Part shown: one piece after another, positions 53,953 to 64,000 of the stretch
Position numbering within the stretch: the stretch's first letter is position 1
How the letters are laid out: each line of letters opens with the position of its first letter
DNA from: Octopus bimaculoides
Taxonomy: Eukaryota
Direction of reading: 5' to 3'
Assembly (NCBI RefSeq): GCF_001194135.2
Contig: NC_068999.1
Location: forward strand, 51,656,758 to 51,720,757
Length of the DNA stretch: 64,000 bases
Made by a program: the position numbers and the translations under genes
Notes under the pieces: generated by a model
Seen by the model: the letters and a program-made list of their open reading frames with translations, nothing else
The model's database searches: none
Told to the model about the DNA's origin: nothing

Positions 53953-54480
53953 GACAAAGAGAGAGAATGAAAGAGATAGACAGAGAAGATGAGAGAGAGG
54001 GAGAGAGAGAAAGGGTAATGTGCGCGTGTAATGGTTGTGATGTACGAGGTTGGGGAGAAAGAAAGGGCGGACTACTATGTAAAGAGGAAGAGGTAGAGGG
54101 AAATGTTTTTGAAGAGAGAGGGTATGAAGATAGAGTGACACTGGGACTGGAGCGTATCATGAAAGAGAAAGAGAAGAACGAGAGGTTGAAAGAAAGAGTA
54201 GTAGTTAGAGAGCGAAGTAGGAAGAGGAAAGAGAAAGGGGGGAAATTATGGCGTGAGGAAATATGAGAGGGAGAAAGAAACAAAGAAGAAATTTTGCGAG
54301 AATGAGAAGGGAAAGTGGAGTTTGAAGAAAAATCGAGATAAAACTCGAAACGGCGGATTAGAGGAAGAGAGAGAACAAGGAATTAAGAAAGAAAGGGTTT
54401 TAGAAAGATGCGAAAGAATTTGCGTGAGTGTGAGAGTGAAAGAAAAAAGGGAAGCATCAGTAATTCCATTGCATCGATAG
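53945..54480 (-). promoter_or_regulatory. Candidate ACSL core promoter: Inr plus upstream GA/CT-rich tract
   Basis: TCAGTC at 53954-53949 matches the invertebrate Inr consensus TCAGTY. About 500 bp of (GA)-rich, CpG-containing sequence lies immediately upstream. No TATA box seen. Confidence 0.45.
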
Positions 54481-56969
54481 GAGTGTGTGTGTGTGTGTGT
54501 ATATTTATTTATTTATTTGTTTAGATAGATAGATAGATAGATAGATAAAGGTAAACACACACGTAGACAGTATGTATGTTAGCACTGTTGCCTGTCAGAA
54601 ATCGGATTTGTATTTTTTTTTATAGATTCGATCAAGGGAAAGTGCAGTCGTTTTTAAAAACAAATGTACCCCAACGGTTGACGAATTCGCAAATAATCAA
54701 AGGATTGCATGAGGACAGATTCGGTTGTGTCAAGCTCAAAAGATAGATTTGAATTAAATTGATGTTGTCTTTGCAAATATTGAGATTGTCGAACTACTGT
54801 TGTCTTGATGGGAAAGAGCAAGACGTCTCTCACGGTTGTAACTATTTATAGTTTATGTCCCAAATGGGCGGTGAAGTGACGGAGTTATTAGAGAATCAGA
54901 AATAAATGGCTTGTCATATTTATTTCAACTTTCTACGCGCCGAAGTCTACTTCACCACAAAAAAAAAAAAAAAAAAAAAAGGCGAGGGAAGTACCAATCT
55001 AAGGCGGTAGATTAGAGGATCTGTACAAATGTTAGAGTACCTGTTTTGCAGCATCTATTCTGATTCTTTGCCAGAGTGATAACGTTGATAACCTTAATTA
55101 GTGAACTGGCATCTTTGGTGCATTTAGTGGTTTTCATTCTGTTGCAAGCATTCGAGCCACGGTCCCAGACTTTAGGATACTTCCCTCCGTGCATTCCACA
55201 AGGTTTTGGAAGCCCTGTAGATCATCATTTTCGCTTGACTAGACAACAAATAGAGCAGAAACTGCTTGTAAATCTATGAAGAAATACCGCAAAGGATTTT
55301 CGTTCGAACACCACTATTTCGAGTTTTCTTGATGTTTACTCATTTCGCCAGCATACATCAGCGAAAGATACACACTCATACATACACACATATAAGGTGG
55401 GTTTCCGCACAGTTTCACTTTACTAAAGATATTGGTCAGCTAAGGGTACCGTAGAATACGCTTGCCCTTTACAACTATCGTTGATACGTGGGTGTTTTGA
55501 TTGTAGGTATCAAACTTTAAAGCAACATTCCTTCCGTTTTACGTTCCTTCACCAGGCAAGTTGGACAAACAGTTTCTGGTACATGGAATGATGGGAAGAG
55601 CAAGAAATCACCTCCTCAAATAGCAAATGGTAATTTACATAACAAATGAAAAATATCCACTTAGAGCATTCTGGATCGGATCTCTGGGACAGGTCACTTC
55701 ATATCCGGACACGGGTTGGTAAGTCATTTTAACTTCCACCTGTTGAGGAAGATCCGTCCGGAGAAAAGGGGCCTGTCGAAAAGTACGTTCGGAAAAAGAC
55801 GGATGTCTGTAGTAATGAAGCTAAGGATGACTGGGGCCGTGCTAGTGTAGCCGGTCAAGGCGAAAAAGAAGGAAAAAACGTGAAAAAAAAAAACAGCCAA
55901 AGGAGATAAAAACCGGCGGGCTAATTAAAAATGAACCCGGAACATTATATTTGCAATTTTTAATTGTACATAATTCTATTTCATCTGTTTATATTCAACA
56001 TTCGATTTCTTTCCATTTCATTGTAACCCCATCCGTTTGTAAGAATATAAGCGTTCGTCTCTTGTAGAGTCCCCTCTATGTATACCTTTATAGGTAAATA
56101 AAGAAATCTGGATTGGACCTCTTCCAGCAGAATTATGAGGAACTGGTTGAGATGCTGTACGTCTCTTTCGTTCAGAATCTCTCTGAATTTGTTTCAACTA
56201 TAACAAGGGATTGAGCTGATTCGCCTCTGCGACTACAATTATGCACTAATGCATGCGATCACAACAACATACCTTGGATTGAATGCAAGATGTGACCAAT
56301 CTTGTATGGTCTTTAGAAAGCTGAATGTTGGCATCTTACTAACTTAACTCGTTACAGCAGAGCAGCATTTACCAACTTCTTTTAATTAACCCTTTAATTG
56401 CGAAATGAAATTTCATAGTTGTTCCAAAAAAATAGAATTGGTATTTGCTGCAAGTCACATTGCCTCAATAAATTGGACATATGGCAACAAAGAAATAGTT
56501 TCAAATATGACTTTCCTCAACGAAAGAGAGACTGGTATTAAAAAATGCATTCCGCAGTCAAGGGTAATAAAATTTTGAGTGAATATATCTGATTTCCGTA
56601 AAAAAAAAAAATAAGAGTCGAGAAGTCCTTTAAAAGACATTCTATGTTTCTATGTCTCAGGGAACACCTGCATAAAAATTATCATATTTGTTTATTGATC
56701 TCGTTATGTTCTTAATTCTATTTCATAAAGTTACATTTCATAAACGAGTAAACAAATCATAAAACTGCCATTGAAAGGTTTGGTAGATTACAACAAAGAA
56801 TGTTTAAGAAACTTCATCTTAACCAAGATTTCGTTTAGACCAAGTTTCCATACTATTCCTAATTAAGACGTCATTCCACCACCCACGGTAATTTGTCCTT
56901 ATCAACTACAGATGCCAGGGTTTCAAATATAAAATTAAACAAAAATTACTCGAAAAAAATTGCATTAGC

Positions 56970-58470
56970 ATAATATACAGTAGTTAGATTGCTTATCACT
57001 GTTTCTCGCAGAACCCAATAACCTTCCGTGGCATTCCATGGTCCTCCTTTATATTGCCTATAAAATTTCTTAGCAAGACAGACCAAGCCATGTCGGTAGA
57101 CTTAATCCAGTTGCAGATTATCATGTCTTATGAGAGAAAAGCCGATCATGTGATTGATATGAGTGTATGGAATGCAAAACATTTGGCAACACGATCGCCC
57201 AATCAAATTCAGGAAATTGCTTTCATTTAAGCGTCAGCTGCATAGCCTTCAATAAGCTACTCAGGTAAATTTAACTGAAAACCAAGAATCCAAGCCATCA
57301 ACAGTTAATTATACTCAACTTGATAAAACAAGAGAATCTGGAAAATTCAACTAAAATTGTTAGTGCTTTTTTTTTACTTCAGGAAGCAATGGATGAATTG
57401 ACATTGAAAATTAAACAATTATCTGGTTTATGATAAAAACGAGGTTTCAATTCCACACTAACTGAACATGAACAAATTTTTTTTACATTTTCTGTACAGT
57501 ATGGAATGTTCTTTGTTTGCACATTAACAATCAGATAATTGGACGGCACAGATGAACATGGCTATCGTTCAGATTTAAATAAGGTGAACAAAAAGAGTGT
57601 GTAAACATACGAAATGCAACATAGTTAAAATCAAACCAGTAATGTCAATGCAGGATTTTCTTTTATTTTTTCCCCTCATAATTAAGTATAAATGATTCAG
57701 AACATTGATTCAGTAATAAGTACAACGTGTTTTTCAGATAACAGCGGGAGCTATTTTCGTACCGCTTCCATAACAACAGTGCCATCCTTTTCAATGGATG
57801 CATAATGCAGTCCATGACTTTAAAGCGTAGTCGACATGACCGCCATCTTGATTCAGAGTAGCGCAAACAACCCAATCACACTCAACAGTAATTTCTTTTT
57901 AATGAACAATTGTGTTAAGAGCTGCATTTTTAACTCCATCTTTAAAATATTGAATGATTCAGGAACAAAGCCACCAACTGAAAGTGAGGTGTTAATAACC
58001 TTTGCTGGAGAAATCAGGAATCCATTTTGCATAGAATGCAAACATTCTAAGCGTGCAAATTAATGCAGGTACTGAAGATGGCTGTGGAGGCACATGGTCT
58101 GATTAGAGCAGCGGTCGAGGGATCGCGGGTTCGAATCTCAGACCGGGCGATGTGTGTGTTTATGAGCGAAACACCTAAGTTCTATGCGGCTCCGGCAGAA
58201 GGTAATGTCGGACTTCTGCTGACTCTTTCGCCACAACTTCCTCCTTGCCACTCTTTCCTCCTGCATCTAGCAGCTCACCTACGACGGACCGGCGTCCCGT
58301 CCAGGTGGGGAACCTATACGCCAATGAAACCGGGAAACCGGCCCTAATGAATCAGGTATGGCTCGAGAAGGAACAAACAACAACAACACTGAAGATGGCT
58401 AGTAGCTCTTAAACGGTTTTAAGCGATCATAATTTGACTTAAATTTCTCCATGATATTTCATATCCTGTC
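56970..58470 (-). mobile_element. Ty3/Gypsy LTR retrotransposon pol remnant (RT end, RNase H, integrase) with a nested SINE
   Basis: Frameshifted pieces: DRLKPF...LRMFAFYAKWIPDFSSK; ITVECDWVVCATLNQDG; LHYASIEKDGTVVMEAVRK*LPLLSEKHVVLIT; TKNIPYCTENVKKICSCSVSVELKPRFY; DWAIVLPNVLHSIHS. No LTRs recognised. Confidence 0.85.
58084..58387 (+). mobile_element. Full-length tRNA-derived SINE with a 13-bp TSD, inserted in Gypsy pol
   Basis: TSD actgaagatggct at 58071-58083 and 58388-58400; B box GGGTTCGAATCTC; (CAA)n tail. Confidence 0.9.
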
Positions 58471-60310
58471 CTAAGTAGTTAAGGTGTTAGGTTTACGATT
58501 ACTAGTGCAGGCGTCGCTTCGTTTCACGTTCCAGTCTATTTAGCTGAAAATTAATATCAGTTCAGTGTTAGTGCATTTCTTTCACTCTCTCTCTCTCTCT
58601 CTTTCTCTCTTTCTCTCTCTCTCATATACACATGCATATATGTGTACGTATACACACATGTACAGTCATATGTACATATGCATTATGTGCGAGAGTGTGT
58701 GTAGGCAGATATATCTTTATCATGTTCAAAGAGACGCTGGCGAAGTAGCTGATACAGTTCATTACCTCTGTAGAAGGAAGACATCGTCCAGTCATGAGCA
58801 AACTGCGGTCTGCGGGATTTTCTCAAAGGTACGCTAACGAAAAATCACCTTGAATTTTCTTAGTAGTGCAGCCCGCTTCTCGAAAAAGGTTTACTCATGG
58901 GTGGCATAAACCAAGTAACAACAACTTTGTAGATTTTGTCTTCCTTTTATATTTCCCCTATAAAATATCCCCCACATGACTCCTATTTCTATAAATGGCA
59001 ATGTTTGAGTAATGAAAAAAACTTTTCAATTGTGACACACAAGAAAAAAAAATTATAAGTCCTCGATTGTTTATGAGTTCATAAAAACAATTTTTTTTAA
59101 TTTTTCAGAAAAGGTCCGAAGCCCACGGAGAACGTCTCACAATGACACACCATCTCATGCATGACACATTCTCCTTTGTGTGACAATGGAGACCTCTGGC
59201 GTTCCCTCGTCCCTGAACCATATCCCTGGCTCCTTAATATAGTCCGATCCCCCTTGGGGTGTGAGGGTCACCTAAAGCCGTGACTGTTCCGCGCGGTCCG
59301 ACCTGCAAACACGGACGGACTTACATTGAGCCGGACGTTATTGGAATTCCGCTACACCATGCTGGTACGCTCGATTGCTATTTCTACCACATCAAATGAC
59401 CACGAAGAGGGTCTCTCGTCTTCATATGTGGCCCTCTGTCACTGCTAAAAATGAATCAATTATAACAGAAAAAGTTCAGTGAACACCATCGTAACTGATG
59501 ATAAATTATATGTTTGGAAAAATCGAATAGAAAAAATATATGGTCTGGAAATGAAAATAAACGCATTTGAAATAAATTTAAAAATAAACGCCATATTTGC
59601 TTAACATTCGTAATGTGATGTTATGTCCCTACCTGTGCTTGACGTTTGTCTTGTATTATAAGCAAATGACCGACCTTTTCGAGAGGGAAATTGCATATAT
59701 GTTCATAATTACGAGAGCCAACACTTACTTACAAGCCAAGTACGAAGGAATACAGCAATGTCTTAACAATGCGCGAGACCTGTGGAAGATAGATACATAC
59801 ATACACACACACTCACATAAAAATATATACATATACACGCACACACATTTACATACACACATACATACTTATACACACACACATTGCTTAAGTCCAGACT
59901 TTCATCATTAAAGATAACCTTAGCTCAATTTCAACTGCTGGAAATGGCGTTTTTCTTTTCGTTTCTTTTCCTTTTTCTCCATCTAAAAAGTGATTTTTCT
60001 GTGCACAGTTACTATAAGCGTTTCTGCAGACAAAACTAAAAAGTCTAGCTATATCTAACAGACATTAAACCCTTTCCACAAATTTCGGGCTTGTGCCTAT
60101 ATACAGTAGCATAGAGTAATTTCAGTAACGAATAGGGATAAGAAAAAAATATCTGAACCATTGTCACCACAATAAAATTTTTAAGATAAGGAACATTCAA
60201 CTTTTTTCTATCTTGCTATTACATTCACTCATAGGTATTCATCTGGGCTCCTCGGAATGTTCTTAAATGCTATTTCTTTCTTTATATTTACATATATATA
60301 TATATATATA

Positions 60311-60523
60311 CAGGGTGGCCCAAGAGTAGGTTTACAGTTATTCAACTATCTCTTTCGCATTCATATATCAACAGTTTAGATTTTCATTATAAAAAAAGTA
60401 TGAAACCTTAATTGTATGCTAATTTAGTTAACTGTAAGATAGAAATTTAAATGTAATAAAATGTTTTAAAAGAAATTTAAAGTGCCTACGTGATAACTGT
60501 AAACCTAGTTTTGGGCAACCCTG
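60311..60523. mobile_element. Tc1/mariner-type MITE, 213 bp
   Basis: 31-bp TIRs cagggtggcccaagagtaggtttacagttat (60311-60341) and ataactgtaaacctagttttgggcaaccctg (60493-60523), 3 mismatches, flanked by TA inside (TA)n. Confidence 0.88.
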
Positions 60524-60734
60524 TATATATATATGTATGTATATATATATATATATATATAGCGTGAGAGAGTTAGGGGTTGGGGGTTCAACCCACTAAG
60601 GGATAGTATCTATTCAGTATACTGCTGGGAGGATCGTTCGTAGCAATACATAAAACCGGAGAAGCACTCTCTAAGATGCAGAGTAGTTAATATTATAGTG
60701 GGGTAGGCCGGTTTGTGGGGTTACCCTGGGTTTC

Positions 60735-61470
60735 TCGCTCATAAGGGGTTTAGTCTTACGGCTGACTTAGCCATTCTAGGATGTTGACATCTTGTCCTTG
60801 AACCATTTCTTCACTACCTTGGTGGCATGTTTCAGATCACTGTCCTGCTGGTACTTCCAGTTGTGGCCAGGCTGGAGTTTCTCAATGGATTCCTTCCTTC
60901 ACGTTTTCATCAAGCATCCTGATGTAATCCTCCTTTCTCATGATTCTTTGGACATTGACAAAGTTCCCTGCGCCACTGGAAGAGAAGCATTCCCATAACA
61001 CTGTTTCCACCACCATGCTTGACGGTAGGCACAGTGTTCTTCGGTTTGTATCCTTCTCCTTTCTTCCTCCAGACGTATTCAGCGTTCATATGGCCAACTT
61101 CGTCTCATCAGACCACAGGATGGTTGACCAAAGGTTGGGATCTTGCTTCAGATGACTTCAAGTAAAGGCCAGTCGAGTCTCCAGTGTTCTTTTCTAAGCA
61201 GCGGCGTCTTCCGAGGCCTACGTCTATGGAGACGTCCTCGGTGCAAAACTTGCTCAATAGTAGACCGTGACACCTTCGTCCCTGTCTGGTCAAGCGTTTC
61301 AATTAGGGCCTTGATCGTGGTCCGAGGGTTGTTGTTTACCACTCGGCAGATTTTCCTGGCAAGTTTGGGAGACACCTTACGCTTCCTGTCACGCCCACTA
61401 AGGATTTCAAGAGTGATAAACCTCTTGTGCTTGTTCAGAAGGTCAATTCCAAATCACCGAGAAAAGTCTG
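60735..61470 (-). mobile_element. Tc1 (DD34E) transposase remnant, second family
   Basis: HTH GRDRKRKVSPKLARKICRVVNNNPRTT...RRRPRKTPLL, then ILWSDETK...WECFSSSGAGNFV...YQQDSDLKH...EWLSQP*D*TP, with frameshifts. Confidence 0.88.
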
Positions 61471-62463
61471 AAAGTTTATAATACTAATTTAAAGTACTAG
61501 CGGCTTATCCATGAATTTATTACAGGGTTTAATGTGCTCTGAACGTGTGTGTATTACGTGTATGAGTAGATAAAATTAAAAACGTGAAACTGTTATCAAG
61601 ATTTTTTTTTAATTAGTTACAAGATTCTGTAGAAGCAATACAGTTTTTCGCTACTATTGCTTGTTCATTAGAGCGTCAGATAAATGAAAGAAAAAAACTA
61701 ATTGTTGTAATGTGTTTTATAATCTGTTTTCATTCTGAGTTCAAATCTGGCCGAAATCATCTTTGCCTTTAGTTACATTACGTTTTTTTTTTCTGTCGTC
61801 AATTTTAAACAATGACATTTTCTTCCAAAAATGTGCAACTGTGTACTTATATTACGAGTCGATATTATTTAGTTCAGTGTAAGTCACAGCTCGTTGCTGG
61901 TATGTTGTTTCGCTGTAGATCAGTTAAGTGGATTGATAAGGCGCCAAATAATTTATACCTCAAGTGTTTCGCCTTTCCTTGGGATATTTTTAGGCTCCAC
62001 AAAATTACTTTGTATGCACGTTACTCTTTCAGCTCCTAAACCACATTATATGATAATTTTAGAAAGAAACAAAACTAGAGGACGTTTATTAAATTATTTA
62101 TTTCTATACGTTTTTATATTTCTGGAATTAAAAAAAAAACAAAAAGGAACTGGTCTTATATTGCTAACTATAACGGTGTACATGTATACAAATATGCCTG
62201 CTATATATATATATATATATATAATAATGCCAAGGTTTTTTTTTTTTTTGATAAATACATGAAGAAAACTCACACATCTGAGTGTGTCAAGGGTCGACCA
62301 ATATGTTGGAATGTAACTCCTTTCTGAAAATTTTTTCTTGATGAAATAAATACCCAATTAACCAGTTTCAACTTGAACATTTTAAATTAATTTAATTTTT
62401 TTAGTTGAACTAACTAGATATGGAAACGGATGTAGGGATAAAAATTTCATGTTANNNNNNNNN

Positions 62464-63040
62464 NGAGAGGAGGGGGAGGAGGCGGTGGAGGGGGAGTGGT
62501 GGTGACGGTGGCAGTCGTAATAGTGGTGGAGTAGTTGGGTTAGCAGTTAGGTTGTGATGATGGTGGTGTTAGTGGTTATAAGGTGTGGTGATGGCAGTGA
62601 TAGCAGTGGTGGTGGCAGTGATGGTGGTGGTGGCGGTGGTTGGAGAGGAACTGTGCTTTGCACAGAAGAAAAAAAAAAAAAACAAGGCACTCAAAAAAAA
62701 AAGAAAACAAAAAACAATGAATAAAAGCTGGGAAACAGAATTGAACTGAAATGAAATACATATGATTAATATTTTATTAACTATTTAATAAACAAAATAA
62801 GTTTTTGACATCAACAGTATGGCTGCCTTCATCATCATCATCATCATCATCAATGATAACAACATAACTACCAGCAGTAGCGATGGCACCCCCCCCCCAA
62901 CAATCATCACCATTATCATCATCATCACCATCATCATCATCGTTGTTGTTATCATCATCATCACCATCATCATCATCAACAACAGCACTATAAGCAGTAG
63001 CGATAGCACCACCACCACCACCAACAACAACAACAGTGGT
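62464..63040. repeat. Low-complexity trinucleotide fields (GGT)n/(CAT)n/(CAA)n
   Basis: Directly visible; source of the poly-His/Asp/Ile/Met pseudo-ORFs. Confidence 0.9.
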
Positions 63041-63272
63041 CACAGTTTCTGATGTTTTACATTTTGGCTTCAGCAAAACACATGCACGACAGGTCTTTGT
63101 GATTCCAAAAAACTACAATGACACTACTATTCAAGAGTTTGGAACCAATAGTAAATATTTCTGATTATGTTTAGTTGTAGGTGCTGGAGTGGCTGTGTGG
63201 TTAGAAGCTTGCTTCCCAACCACATCAGTTCAGTCCCACTGCACAGCACGTTGGACAAGTGTCCTCTACTAT

Positions 63273-63377
63273 AATTGGATTCTTTACAATGACGATGCAC
63301 CCTGACTCTGAACTCTCCTTAATCGGGAGTTTCTCACCAAAAACAATATGGTGTCACTTCGCACCCACCCTATTCAC
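63273..63377 (+). mobile_element. Mariner transposase fragment, same family as the 14.4-15.3 kb copy
   Basis: WILYNDDAP...REFLTKNNMVSL..HPPYS, colinear in nucleotide sequence with 14905-15010. Confidence 0.8.
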
Positions 63378-64000
63378 TTGTTCTGTTTTTTTTTTGTTTT
63401 GTTTTTTTTTTTTGCATTTTGCATTCTGATACCAATGCCTGTGATGACACTGATTCCAAGCTGTGTCAGCTCAAAGTGGCAGACTTGCCTTTGGGTAAAA
63501 AATTGGGTATGTTGAGGGAGAAGATTTGCATGAGTGGATGCCTGCCAATCTCCCTCCAAAAAAATCTTACACCAGCTTTGCAGTATACATGCGCAGATGC
63601 ACAGTGAAGTCTGAATAATGGAGGCCCTGTCACCACACTGTCACAGTCACTACCATGGCCTTTGTCATCGTCATCATCATCATCATCGTTGTTGTTGTAG
63701 TCATTATAATCATTCTCTACTATTCAATACAGGTTTTAACAAAGGTGCTCCTCAGACATTGAAATTACAGTCACAAATGATAATAAAAGGGTTTAGCATT
63801 TTTAATGTTTATTCTTTTTTCCTTCCCTAACATGTCAAACCAACTCAGCTTGTTTAACAACTATTACAATTATGTGTGTCTGTAAATGTGTGTGTGTATA
63901 TATATATATATATGTGTGTGTATATATACTCATCTCAACCTATTGGGTTACAACCACTCCAAGCTGAAAATGTTGATACATGGTGGGAAAGGAAAAAATA

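Noticed and set aside
53930-54480. Glu/Arg/Lys-rich and Ser/Leu/Phe-rich ORFs
   Set aside because: Products of a GA/CT-rich low-complexity tract, better explained as promoter sequence.
62576-63052. Poly-Asp, poly-His, poly-Ile and poly-Met ORFs
   Set aside because: Trinucleotide repeats open in several frames on both strands.

Overview
AT-rich, microsatellite-dense eukaryotic DNA with about 10 N-gaps. The repeat repertoire (tRNA-headed SINEs, MetaSINE-like elements, CR1, R4/Dong, Tc1/mariner, pogo/Tigger) points to an octopus genome; this is an inference. The only host gene I can support is the 5' end of a long-chain acyl-CoA synthetase (ACSL3/4 family) on the minus strand. Two phase-0 coding exons (5634-5500 and 3913-3698) are visible and the rest lies left of the window. 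A probable non-coding first exon sits at 53952-53834, which would make most of the window one intron of about 48 kb filled with decayed transposons. Nearly all ORFs in the supplied track are microsatellite, gap or TE artefacts. I found no prokaryotic-type system (CRISPR, operon) and no intact novel protein gene. The best leads are regulatory: a recursive-splice-site-like 29-nt exon in the giant intron, overlapping uORFs at the ACSL start codon, and two near-perfect intronic inverted repeats that could be dsRNA/ADAR substrates. TE boundaries were read by eye and are approximate unless TIR or TSD coordinates are given.
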